Numbered from the stretch's first letter, positions 12,060-26,300 are shown. The stretch: DNA of 64,000 nucleotides from Ophelia neglecta (GCA_965285935.1 OZ260661.1:135284001-135348000); one strand, 5' to 3'. The notes: generated by a model not told the origin, from the letters alone. Made by a program: numbers and translations.

Positions 12060-15000
12060 TTAATTAGTTCGGGATATATTCAGTGGAGTGTATGTGACAT
12101 TCGGTGAGAGGGCCTCGTATTCTCTTTCAGTTACTTTTTCCACAGAAGCCCCAACAGTCTGCCGCCCGCCTTCTCCGATGTCTTCATATGTACCTAGAGT
12201 CGGCCGCCCAACTTCTTGTATATCTTCATATGGACCATCGGTCTGCCGTCCGATTTCTCGGATATCCTCGTATGGACCATCTACACATGGACTGCTTAAA
12301 GGATCGGCCCGTGGCTGAATGTAGCCTACTTCCTCATATTGAGAAGTAATATATTGTCCTTGTCTTGAATTTGCTACGTTGTAATAATCATGGCCAGTGG
12401 GGGCGGGGGTGTTCGATCGTTCGTCCTCGTGAACTGCTGCTTCATTGTAATAGGTGTGTTCTGTGTAGGTCTTCTGTTTGTCTGCTATGAGTTGCTTCCT
12501 AAAAATACATTTATTGGTACATATTATTATGCAAATACAAATTTGAAATCGCATATAATACTTTGGTGTTCAGTTCAGTTTTTCACAATTATCACAACTA
12601 CACAAACAAAAATCAAAATAACCCCGATGGCTAATCGGATGTATATGTATTTAATGGATTCACCGACATCACAAATATTATTAATATCAGCTCATTGTCA
12701 ATTTGCATTTTACATTTAGCCTTCAGGATTATCATAGCAGCTCATCTACCATTTTTTACATCTTCCTGCACGCAGTCTGTTTCCGGATCATTCCCTCCGT
12801 CCAACTTTCTCACCGCGACCTATACGCTCCCAACCCCTGTTTCTCACCCCGCCACCTGTCTACTCGCTCTGGACGCGAAAGTTTGCAGCACCGTCAGTCT
12901 CTTTAACCCTTTAAGTTTCAGTAATTGGTTCTTTCTTTATTCAGCCAACCTGCTCGTCAAGCGCTTTACCCATCCCTCATCTTCCCGCACAACACACCTA
13001 CCCTCTCCCCCAAGCATTCTGACTCGACCCCTTGGTTATCAGGCCGGGCATACTGACCACTCCCAGGCACCGGGATACTGTTGCCCCCTCAAATGTGATG
13101 AAAAACACTCTGGCCATGTTTTCCATTTTAATAAAAATATACTCAAAACGGTAAAGCATAAAATATATAACAAGAATAGATACCCGGAAAGCTTAAGCAA
13201 TGGTTTACCAATGATTTAACGATGAAAGGCCCATTTGACAGTCAACATATTTGGCATCTTACTAGCTAAGATTACTAATGCGCTTCTCATAAGGACATAT
13301 CTTACCTTCGTTTCTGGCAGACAACATACAGAACAACAGCAATAAAGAGGATTATCACACCACCCAGCACTGGTCCGATATATAAATAAATACTGGTACC
13401 TGGAAAAGTTATAAAATGATACTATTAGACAAAGTATCTTTGTTCTAGTTTCCACGAAATAGCATTGGTCTGGTCAAGGTGAAGACCAACTAACACTCGG
13501 GCCTCTTTGAAGGCTGCCGAAGTTGAACTTAACCTCTTCCATATGTGGAATGTATGTAGGGCATGCTTGTATAATTAAGGCTAAGCTTTCTCAGCTATAC
13601 AAGCAGCAGATGAACATTGGAGCCACATACCTACACTGAGGAGTGTAGTTTCTGACCTTAAAACCATTGCAATTCCTTAACGAACATATCAAGAACATTT
13701 GACTGTCAATCAAAATATGTCGGACAATGGTGGATTGAGGGATAAGCAAAGTAAACAGGCTGATCAGATAAAGGAGTTGGAGGGTCTCTGTGGAAACTAG
13801 CAGTCAAAGGTTCTGGAGCAGGAACAATACTTTAGGATAAACAATTTTGAAATTCCGTATATCAAAGATGCGATGTCAAACGAAGCTACTCTAAAAGATC
13901 TCCTTCAATTTGTAGAGAATCATAAATCCAAAGAATAGAATTTTTACTTAGCATTAAAAAAATCTGTTTTCGATTCGTGTTTCCAAATTTACAACGACCT
14001 GTCTTCATATGCTGCACTCACGTTTAGGTAAATTTTCTGATATACATAAGTTTTACCTTGTTCACTGTTTTCAGAGATGTCTGTGGTTGCCTTGGTTGTT
14101 TGTTTAGTTTGAGATGTTGCAGCTGATGTGTTATTGTCATCTGGTATAGTTTTGGTAGAGGCATTCCTAGTAGTCGTCGCTGCTGTCGTCGCCTTTTTAG
14201 AGACATTACCTTGTTGGGGTTTTATACTGGGTGATATCGAAGCTTTTGCGTCTGAGTAAAATGATTTTGTATGAAAATGGATCCGATGTACCAATTTGCG
14301 TTGTTTAGATTGCCAACGCCAACATTTGTTAATTCAATGAAGCTCAGCAAAGAGTGCACGTCCTATAATTGAACCTCAATTTACCACTGAAGATACACAG
14401 ACTGGAATCTAATTCAGTCGATTTACCTTTTCTTTCACATAAAAATCTATATTTTTTTCCTAGATCATCTGTCCCAGCCCATTTCCCGTCTATGAGCATC
14501 TTTGCATATCGCTCATTCACATTGGGTTCCCCGTCACCCCAATTTTGCCATTCATACCACGCACCACCAAACCACTCCCATCCATCTCGCCTCATTGTTA
14601 CGTTGTCGCTGTTCGCTGAGTTTGAAACGTCTTTTGTTAATCCAATCCAGAATTGGTTCATTCCATTCCCGGGATCGCAATCCTGCCCCGACATGCACTT
14701 TGTCCTGGTTAAAAGGTAACAATAAGTCATACTACTAAACTAATATAATACTACAAAAATAAAATAAGTCTCGAAACATTTGAAAATCACAAAACACACC
14801 ACATGATAGGTATTTTTGAGAAAATGTATTGTTTGGATGACAGTACTAGGACACAATAAGCATGACATTCGTTTCATTTCAATACTGTAAACATTAAAAT
14901 ACAAGAATCTGTCTTACAGGTTTTCGACGACGAATTCGTTTTGTTCCTTGTTTTCCGCTGATACTAGAGAGGCATTCATTGCTTCACATCTGCGAACCGC

Positions 15001-15944
15001 TTCTGTGAAATTTCGAAGAACCATCTTTCCTGTGACATAATAACACCTCTCATAATAAGGATACCACTTGCCCTCAAATGCACATTGCTTTGCTACCGCT
15101 GAAACACAGTAAACATAGCGGGTCATACTCGGGTAATAAACTACCGGGAAGAAATGTATGAGAGGGCGGGCATCTTAAAAAATAAATGCTAAGGTTGAAA
15201 CAAACAAGAATCATTGATAACACTATAAATAATGTAATGGAGCTATCACATTATTGTATTAGAATAAAAGAATAGGCACAACAAAAGCAACCCCTATCCG
15301 CTTAGCTACTTTCCCCGTTAGCTTATCACCGATCAAGTACAGTTATGTTCGATGTGTAAACGTGCAGTTAGCCGAATTAGGTACGATGCCATGTTTTCAA
15401 TTAAGCCTCTTGGGGTGTTGTTCTCTGGGTCTTTATAAATTTGAAGCTGGCTTGTGTTGAGGGTCTTAGAAATAACATGGCCGTTTCCGACAGCACCAAT
15501 GACTTTCGGATTATAGGCGTTCTAAGCATCATGAAGTGTCATCTAAAAGGCCATTTAACCCGATAAGAACTATCCACGTTTGAGGAAGGAACACATTTGG
15601 ATCACGAGCTCAAGAGTACTATTCGGTCAATCAATGAATCCGTGAGCGTTGGCAGTATACATAAACACAACCCACTTCAACGTATTAACTTACATTTTAT
15701 TTACATTTTTACTTATATTCGTACACACAAAACCTAAATTTACCCGAATACGTACACGCCTTCAACTCCCCTCTTATTTCTTCCATAATTGTATTAGTAA
15801 ACCAACACGCTAGCTATGAGAATGGAAATATTAGTATGTTCATATTGTATTAAGCGCACCGAGGTGTCTCAATATGTGTATACACATACCTGTACACAAC
15901 GTGATTGCCACTAAAACACCAAGGAACAGGTCGGTAAGATACAT
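12060..15944 (-). CDS. CTLD type I transmembrane receptor copy C (~413 aa). Exons 15944-15890, 15098-14918, 14704-14427, 14251-14057, 13399-13306, 12498-12060
   Basis: Exon lengths 55/181/278/195/94/439 with conserved phases. ORF track 14344-14730, 14914-15126 and 12060-12554 cover the exons. Divergent SP exon MYLTDLFLGVLVAITLCT. Confidence 0.85.
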
Positions 15945-17069
15945 ATTGAGCCGAGATTGGGATATCCTACGCCACAGCGGCCATTTTAATACTGAAATGA
16001 ACACGGAAGTGTTCTTCTGGCGCTCTTACACCTTTACACGGCACGACCACCGCCTGTTTGATGCGAACACATGCGTTATGGCTGGTAATGTCTGTCGGTT
16101 GACAATGATGGGTCATTGATCACGGTCCGCTACGTATTCAATTGCCAATACTACAGACTACTAAGTACGCTGCTATGGCGATATAATGGCACAGCGCACG
16201 GGTATATATGCTTTGTAAACGGGGAATCGAATTAGTTTATCAATGCAATCAACCAATATTAAAATCCAGTAAACTTAGCATTGTACTGTATACCTATTAT
16301 TGCAGTAGATCTTAAATTTTAATTTACTAAAATACATTTCTTGACTACAGCCTAATATGGCCGGTGTTAGTAGAGTGAAGTATTCTTTCAATTCAATTAT
16401 ATACGGCTCTTTTCAGCTCTTCAACTTGCAAATGCGTCTTTTTTTCCCACTGTACTAGAGATTGTATGCAATAAATGTCCCCCAGACGTAATTCGTAGAA
16501 CCTTGTTATGCATATAAGAAAACTAGGACTGCTGAATTTGTTTGACAGCTACGGACTGACACCTAGCAATATCACAAGATTGGAAACGGTATGCATGATG
16601 CCTTATGTAAAGCTAGTATTTAATAATTTTATAATAAAGTGTATACTCATAAAATCACAGATTGACCTATTCAACGCAATGGTACAAATTAATGGTTAAA
16701 ATTAAACACAGTTACAAAGGGACCTTTACAGCCCTCTACCCTCTATTGTTTACTGAGACACTTCATTCGGTCTCTACATTTTATGAAGGGGTTATGATAT
16801 CATAACCTCGCTTGGCAGATCTCTGTCCTACTATGACCATAGACTCGTTTGTTTTGTGATCTGACTCGCATCGTAGAAAATTGTCGAGATCTTCTTATTG
16901 CAGAAGTTATCAAAACTATGTTTTCGAGTGTTTTAAAACTGCATAATATGGTGTGATAATTTTGTAGTGAATTGGACAATAATTTGGCAAATCTAATTTC
17001 ATTTAACAAAACTTAGTAATCACGAAAATGTGCACAAGCACATCTTTCTATATTTCATACATGTTGTGC

Positions 17070-18790
17070 TGAATGACTTACGTGAATTTGCAACCATAAA
17101 CAATGACTGTTTTTTGTTGATCCGTAATCCAGCGCGTCCAACAAAATCGCCGCGTGAACTGACCAGTATGACAGTGTCGTCCATCAGTAGGAGAGCGTGT
17201 AGCCAGGCTAGCCAGCCATCATCTGGGAGCGATCTAAGATAAACCACAAGAGGATTGATGAAGGATACAAAGAGGATGACAGACAGTGGATCCCCCCTGA
17301 CGAAGCGTGAGAGTCGCCAAAACGTTTAAGACAATCTCGGCCAGGTTGGCCGCCAGCCTGTTCCTGAAAAGGATGACACCAGCGCAAGAATCGGCTTATT
17401 AAATAGAGGAGTACACCTTGGCAAGAGAGGGGATTACAGATACCCCGATAGTTCCCAGAAAGAGATTTGTCCCCTTATTGAATAACATAGTCAACCTCGT
17501 CAGCGACAATGCGCCAGGGTAACCGCCTGAGAACAGCAAGTCCAAACACCATAATCACTAGTGATATCCACTCGTCAGGCAACGACCTGAGTAGAATAGG
17601 TGGATTGTCGTTCACGCAAGAAGCGCGGTCTATGAGAGAGTTAATTTTAGTTTTCACCTAATCAAACTAATATCATCATCCAGGAGAGGCTAGATACTGT
17701 AGCTCAAAATCCAAACATAGCGGACGCAGTACCCCTTCGAAGTGCTATGCTCCTGGAAGTCCACGTCGAACGGACCATCTGAATAATGGCTAATCTTTAA
17801 AAATTGTCGTTTCCGGTCGATTTATTCCCAGACCCTTTTCTTATCCCGCTCGTGTAGCATCCAACTGCCTGGCATGCCTTTCAGATTTCTGGCGGCATCA
17901 AGCAGGTTATTACATCCGTTCGGAGAGTAGAATTTGACCCACATTGGTCGCGGCCGGGGGGGGGGGGTAACTATCAGCTTCATTCTCTGGCCGGACCTTA
18001 ACCAGTCTCCTCACTTCCGAAACTCCACTTGGTGTCTGGTTGGTGTCGAAGGCCTTTGCAAGCAGATTAAATTTCTGCCCATCGATAAAGGCGGTAATGT
18101 TCCCGTGAGCGGATGTCACCTCTTCTGAAATACCAAAGATATTAAAATTGGATCTTGTCGCCTCTGAATCTTGACCTTCAAGGGATTTCTGTTGTGCAGA
18201 TACCGTAGCCATTAGGTCAGTCTGCCTTGAGGTAGAATAATCTGCTCGTTCAAGTCTCCAGCTCAACACTTCGTGCCTTCAAGCAGACATTTTCCCCCCA
18301 CCAAAGCAGATATCATGTTGATCAAGACACCGAATGTGTTGCCATCCGGTAATGACTTGAAATCTTTCAGGCTAACTCCTCACTCAATGCCAGACAGGGG
18401 TGAGTCTTTCTTGTCCTGAATCACTGTGTTCAGGGCACGCTTCAGGTCATCGGCCCTGAACTTGGTAACATCGGACCGTGTCAATGTAAATATCTCATTA
18501 GCCGAGTCAGTTGACACTTGGTCTGCCTGACCCAGACTGGCTCATTATGACAACATACACAGGTGATCGAGTGTACAGGGATATTGGACCATGGGCGCCA
18601 GTCAAGCGTAACCTACTAGCAAACCCAATCAAATATATAAAGATTTTTACCAAGCTGCAGAAATGTCTGTTCTCCGACAAAGCCACTGTTGTACACACTG
18701 CCCCAAATACAAAATTAACGGCAAAGTACCTCCACGGGAACCCTTGATAATCTGCCCTGGGTTCCACACAAGCCACACTCTACCTATACG
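17070..18790 (-). mobile_element. Rearranged copy of the old LINE relic upstream of copy C, including an ORF1-like fragment (17910-18269)
   Basis: LPDDGWLAWLHALLLMDD matches the relic in A. RSNFNIFGISEE...VRRL..VRP resembles a LINE ORF1. Confidence 0.75.
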
Positions 18791-20334
18791 CTATATACAT
18801 CAAAATGGGCCGAGATCGGGATATACAAAACCACTGCAAATATTTTAATGCTGAAATGATGCTATTAATGTGATCTGTGTAATAATACTACTTTTCCTTT
18901 ACATTTCTTGTCCAATATACAACCATGTTAAGAGTCCCATGATATTTGCCGTTGGGGCAGCACTTCCCGGTGACTAGGAGAGTATCTGCAAGAATGCTAT
19001 AGATGCCAACTGTATACCACGTAGAAAGTATTTTCAGATTTGTATTAATGCACAACGTACGGCATTATTGTGGATCTTCGCTGAGCATAAAACAACTAGG
19101 CCTTCTTACCGTACACAATTAAAATACTCTAAAAACAATATATTTACTGCTAATTATGAGACTAGAGGACATTATAACCTGTTTATTTTAGTACGTCTAA
19201 CTATTTTTACCGAGGACAAAAGTCGATATATAGCTAAGATCCAAGGACTGCCATGTTTGTGTTAAAATGCTCTAAAAACTAAATATCATGTGGTGACAAT
19301 TATGTTTGAAAGTAGATAAAAGATGTATATCTTTTCATATAACTACAACTAGTCACGTTCCCCAGGCTCTGTTTTTCACCAACCCTTTTTAATCACACGG
19401 TAGTTGTGTTGAACTCGCATTATGACTTTGACTTGTAGTGTATGTAAACTTGTGTTATGGTAGACACGGTCTGATGACGCCTGTCAAATAAACAGTTGTT
19501 ACGGTTTAGGGAGGTTAAAGAAATACACTGTCTGGTCAAACCGTGGAAAGTGTCATAGATGAAATAAAAAAGGTTATTGAGATGACCTCTCCTAGTTAGA
19601 GCCCTCTTGCATCTAGCAATAGTTTACTAAAAGTTGAATTTCCAAAAATATAAAAATATTGATTGGTGATAACGAAACAGAAGAAAACAGAGTTATCATA
19701 CCATCATTAAACTTCATGATTTACCCATGTTAGATTTTTGATGTGAAGAGCCTTATTCAACCAAGCTTGGTAATGAGGATTTATCCTCTCACTTGGTCCG
19801 AATTCTATCAGCTACAGGCCAATAAACATAACGTCAAACGTCCATGAATACTTTATTCAATACAAATTAAAACGCCGGAAAATATAATTTATATGTTGTA
19901 TTGTGACTACCCTCTACAGTAGATCATGATTCTTCCGCGAGCAAATTATAAGATTTTATATCTTATAATATTCAGGCGCCGATCGAGCGTTTTATTAGAT
20001 GTTATGTTTGTTTAACAAAACTGCCTTTTACATTTTACTGTTTTGATACAGTGCCTTGAATATGACAGCCCGCATCCACTTGTCCATAAACATTATGACA
20101 CACAATCAACCTTTCCTACTTTTTTTGTCACACAACTTCCATTTTGAAATAACCGTGATTTGTTATAATACAAATAGGTATCCGCCAATATTAATCGAGC
20201 ATTTATCTGTTTAAATATGAATCACAACTTCTTTTCCTATGTCCAAGCTGTCGATGACATCTATTAAACTGAACTTAGACATATATAATTGTACTAAATG
20301 CTAACATTACGGTTTATTTTATTACTATCAAGTG

Positions 20335-23300
20335 TTAATTAGTTCGGGATATATTCAGTGGAGTGTATGTGACATTCGGTGAGAGGGCCTCGTATTCTCT
20401 TTCAGTTACTTTTTCCACAGAAGCCCCAACAGTCTGCCGCCCGCCTTCTCCTATGTCTTCATATGGACCTTTAGTCGGCCTCCCCACTTCTTGTATGTCC
20501 TCATATGGACCATCAGTCTGCCGTCCGATTTCTTGTATATCCTCGTATGGACCATCTACACATGGACTGTTTAAAGGATCGGCTCGTGGCTGAATGTAGC
20601 CTACTTCCTCATATTGAACAGTAATATATTGTCCTTGTCTTGAATTTTCTACGTTGTAATAATCATGACTATTGGGGGCGGGGGTGCTCGATCGTACGTC
20701 CTCGTGAGCTGCTGCTTCATTGTAATAGGTGTGTTCTGTGTAGGTCTTCTGTTTGTCTGCTATCTGTTGCTTCCTAAAAATACATTTATTGGTACTTATT
20801 ATTATGCATATACAAATTTGAAATCGCATATGATACTTTGGTGTTCAGTTCAGTTTTTCACAATTATCACAACTACACAAACAAAAATCAATATAACCCC
20901 GATGGCTTATCGGATGTAAATGCATTTAATGGATTCACCGACGTCACAAATACTATTACTATCAGCTCATTGTCAATTTGCATTTTACATTTAGCCTTCA
21001 GGATTATCGTAGCAGCTCTTCTTTCTTTATTCTTTATTCGCTTTGCCCATCCCTCATCTTCCCGCACAACACACCCACCCTCTCCCCCAGCATTCTGATT
21101 CGACCCCTTGTTTATCAGGCCGGGCATACTGACCACTCCCAGGTACCGGGATACTGTTGCCCCCTCAAATGTGATAAAAAGCACTCAGGCCATGTTTTCC
21201 ATTTTAATTAAAATATACTCAAAACGGTAAAGCATAAAATATATAACAAGAATAGATACCCGGAAAGCTTAAGCAATGGTTTACCAACGATTTAACGATG
21301 AAAGGCCCATTTAACAGTCAACATATTTGGCAACTCACTAGCTAAGATTACTAATCCGCTTCTCATAAGAACATATCTTACCTACGTCTCTTGCAGACAA
21401 CATACAGAACAACAGCAATAAAGAGGATTATCACACTACCCAGCACTGGTCCGATATATAAATAAATACTGGTACCTGGAAAAGTTATAAAATGATACTA
21501 TTAGACAAAGTATCTTTGTTCTAGTTTCCACGAAATATTATTGGTCTGGTCAAGGTGAAAACCAAACACTCGGGCCTCTTTGAAGGCTGCCGAAGTTGAA
21601 CTTAACCTCTTCCATATGTGGAATGAATGTAGGGCGTGCTTGTATAATTAAGGCTAAGCTTTCTCAGCAATACAAACAGCAGATGAACATCTGAGCCACA
21701 TACCTACTCTGAGGAGTGTAGTTTCTGACTTTAAAACCTTTGCAATTCCTTAGCGAACATATGAAGAACATTTAACTGTCAATCAAAATATGTCGGACAA
21801 TGGTGGATTGAGGGGTAAGCAAAGTAAACAGGCTGGTCAGATAAAGGAGTTGGAGGGTCTCTGAGGAAACTAGCAGTCAAAGGTGCTGGAGCAGGAACAA
21901 TACTTTAGGATAAACAATTTTGAAATTCCGAATATTAAAGATGCGATGTTAAACGAAGCTACTCTAAAAGATCTTCAATTTGTAGAGAATCATAAACCCA
22001 AAGAATAGAATTTTACTTTACATTCAAAAAATCTGTTTTCAATTCGTGTTTCCAAATTTACAACGACCTGTCTTCATATGCTGCACTCACATTTAGGTGA
22101 ATTTTCTGATATATATATAGTTTTTACCTTGATCACTGACTATATTTTGGATGACACTCCAATCCCTGGTTTTGAAAATGACTATGTCTGCGATCCGTTC
22201 TATCTGCCACGTGTCTCACAAGACCGTGAGAGTAATCAATTTGGACTTTCATTGCTTGATTTGTGTAAAAAATTCTGTGTTCATATTGTAAACGGGCGGT
22301 TTTCTGGTGACCCGAAGGGAGATTTTACCTTCTGTTCACCTCAAGCTCGAACGAGTGTAATTGATTATGTAATTATATCCACTTGTCTATTCAAAAACGT
22401 TGCCAAATTTTCTGTACAGGATGAGCCTGACTCTGATCATTTTCCACTAAGTATTGATTTTAATATTTCGGCTCACCCAGACATCCCTAACAGTGTTAAG
22501 GGACATTGTGGTCCCCGTCTGGCATGGAGAGAAGCCAGCGCCAGCGAGTTTAGAACCAATTTAATGGCACCAAGAGCAGCGTATTTACTGGCGGAAATGA
22601 ACATATTAGCAGATCAGGGAGACATAAATGCTGCTGTACAGTGCCTCCATGAGGCGATCTATGCCGCTGGTGGCTCAATGGCTAAGGAAGTCCCCCGACA
22701 CACAAATTCAAAACGCCAACCTAGAAAGGAAAATACATGGTGGGATACTGAATGCCAAAAATATAAATCAGTTGTATGTGTATCGCTTAATGGTTTCAGA
22801 AGATATAAATCAGAATCAAATCTCAATTCTTACCTGAAGGCAAAAGCCAAATTTAAAACAATATGTCGCGTGAAAAAAGAAACTTTCAAAGAAAATAACT
22901 TCGGCCTTATACGAGCAGGATCTAGATGTACTACCTCCCTGTGGCCTGCTATAAAGCGGGTATCTTCTAAAGGGACGGGTACTCCTCCTGGTATATCTAC
23001 CGCTGAGTGGTCTGAATATTTTAGCAACTTATTAAATGTAACAAACAATGACTCGTCCGAATCTGTACCATACGATGCATACTTATCCACACATGACTCT
23101 CACTGTGATACCTGTAGAAAAAATGAACCTGATTGTCTCAATGATATGATATCTGAGAGCGAAATAGTTGGTGTTATTGAAAATCTACCTAATGGTAAAG
23201 CAGCCGGCCCCGACGGTATCGTGTACGAAATTTTCAAAAGTAGTGTAATCATTCTCGGTCCATATTTGTGTAATCTTTTTAATGCCATACTAAGGAGCGG

Positions 23301-26300
23301 AATCTTCCCAGACGAATGGTGTAACGCGATAATTTGCCCATTATTTAAGGGAGGCTCTAAAACCGACCCTGGTAACTACAGAGGGATTTCACTCTTGTGC
23401 ACGGCGGGCAAAATTTTTACAAAAATTGTAAGCAATAGAATAACTGAATGGGCTGAAGCAAACGAGAAATTTGGGGAATTTCAGGCAGCTTACCGGAAAG
23501 GTAGATCAACTGCAGACCATATATTTACATTACATGCTCTAGTGCAGAAGTATCTCTCCAGAAGGAAGGGCCGCTGTTATGTGGCATTTATCGACTTCTC
23601 CAAAGCATTCGACTCTGTGCCTCATTCTCAACTACTATATCGTCTTATTAAAGATGGCATTCATGGCAATATTCTGACAATTGTCAGATCCATGTACTCT
23701 AAACTTAAATCGTGTGTTCGCAGTGCCGCTGGCTTGTCTGAGTATTTCAAATGTGTCACGGGCACCAGGCAAGGTTGTATGGTAAGCCCTCTCCTATTTA
23801 TTTTGTATTTACAAGAATTAGTTAGAATGAGCATTGCAGATAACTGTCAGGGAATTTTTATAGATAATGATTTCCCCAACGTTTTAATGCTCATGTACGC
23901 TGATGATATCTCAATGTTAAATGACACTGTTGGACGTCTACAAAGGCAACTTAACACCTTGCAAGAATTTTGTAGAGAGTACGGACTTTGTATCAACTAT
24001 TCTAAATCTAAGATAATTGTATTCAGAAGAGGAGGGATAGTAAAGACCAATGAAAAATGGTTCCTCAACAATTTTAAGCTTGAAATTGTAACATACTATA
24101 AATATCTTGGCATTATATTCTCTTCCAAATTATGTTGGACCATGGCGATCAAAACTTTAGCCCTACAAGCTGAGAAATCATTACGTGTAATCAGGAACTT
24201 ATATAGGATATGTGGTCAACTTACTGTTTCTCTCCTCTTCGATCTGTTCGATAAACTTGTCTTACCTATCCTTCTGTATGGTTCAGATGTGTGGGGTTAT
24301 GGTTATCGGGATGGTATTGAGAGGGTACAGTTTCGATTTTGTAAATACGTCCTGGGCTTGTCTGTAAATGCATCAAACTGTGCAGCTATGGGTGAATGCG
24401 GTAGACAACCATTGTATGTTCAGTACCACACAAGATGTGTCAAGTACTGGCTTAAGCTCCTTTCAATGGACTCCAATAGACTACCGAGGTCGTGTTATGT
24501 CATGCTAAAAAATCTGGATAGCAATGGGAGGTCAACTTGGGCCACCGAAATAAAACAATTGTTGTTTTTATATGGGTTTGGGCATGTGTGGATCAACCAG
24601 GGAGTGGGAAATGAGTGTATATTCCTTAATGAATTCAAGACGAGAGTATCTGATTGTGCTAGACAAAACTGGCATACTGAATTGCTTGCTTCATCAAAAC
24701 TGGATTCATATGTATCTTTTAAGTCGATGTTAGAACCTGAGAAATATCTAAAGATACTTAATTTTAGGGATAGAAGGCTTCTGGCAAGATTCAGGTGTCC
24801 AAACCATGCTCTACTTGTGGAGGTATTGAGAGGAAAGGTGGATCGGGCAGAGAGAGTATGTAAGCACTGTGAAAACCTGGGTATTTTGGAAGTCGAATCT
24901 GAGGTTCACTTTCTTCTCAAATGTCCTAGATATAACGAAATACGTTTTAAATTTTTACCTGAGATATGTAATGTCAGGGATGAGCAAACAAAAACGAAGT
25001 TCATAAAATTGATGTCTTCATGTAACAAGGAACTGCTGACGTCTGTGTGTAAATTCCTATCCTGTGCTTTTCAATTGAGAGATTGTTAATGTAGTATGCG
25101 TCTGGTTATCTGGCTCGCGCATGTTTTGTAATATTTTATTAACCGATATATGTACCAGGGGCCTATGGCCTTACAAGTACTGAAATAAACAACATGACAC
25201 CTTTTTTTTTTTGTTTAGATATGTCTGTGTTTGCCTTGGTTGTTAGTTTAGTTTGAGATGTTGGAATTGATGTTTTGGTTGATCCATTTCTTTGTATTGT
25301 TGTCATCGCTGTTGTCGTCGCCTTGTTAGAGACATTACCTTGTTGGGGTCTGATACTGGTTGATATCGAAACTTCCACATCTAAGTAAAATGATTTTGCA
25401 TGAACATGGATCGGATATATTAATTTGTATTGTTCAAATTACCAACCGCTAAAATTTGCTATTTCAATGAAGCTCAGCAAAGGGTGCACGTCCTACAATT
25501 GAACCTCAACTTATAACTGAAGATACACTGACTGGAATCTAATTCAGTCGATTTACCTTTTCTTTCACATAAAAATCTATAATTTTTTCCTGGATCATCT
25601 GTCCCGGCCCATTTCCTGTCGATGCCCAACATTGCATATCCCTCATTCACATTGGGTTCCCCGTCACCCCAATTTTGCCAATCATACCACGCACCACCAA
25701 ACCACTCCCATCCATCTCGCCTCATTGTTACGTTGTCGCTGTTTGCTGAGTTTGAAACGTCCTTTGTTAATCCAATCCAGAATTGGTTCCTTTCCTTCAC
25801 GGGATCGCAATCCTGCCCCAACATGCACTTTGTCCTGGTTTAAAGGTAACAATAAGTCATACTACTTAACTGGTATAATACTAAAATAATGAAAGAACTT
25901 CTGTAAGCATTAAAATACAACAATCTTTCTTACAGCTTTTCGAAAACGAATTCGTTTTGTTCCTTGGTTTCTAATGATACTAGAGAGGCATGCATAGCTT
26001 CACATCTGCTAGCCGCTTCTGTGAAATTTCGTAGAACCATCTTTCCTGAGACATAATAACACCTCCCCTCATAAGGATACCACTGGCCCTCAAATGCACA
26101 TAGCTTTGCTACAGCTGTAACACAGTAAACATAGCGGGTCATACTCGGGTAATAAACTACCGGGAAGAAATGTATAAGAGCGCGAGCATCTTAAGAAATA
26201 AATGCTTAGCATTGAGACAAACAGGAATCTTTGATTACTAACACTATCATTGGTACAGTACAGCTATCATATTATAGTATCAGAATATATTACATGCCAA

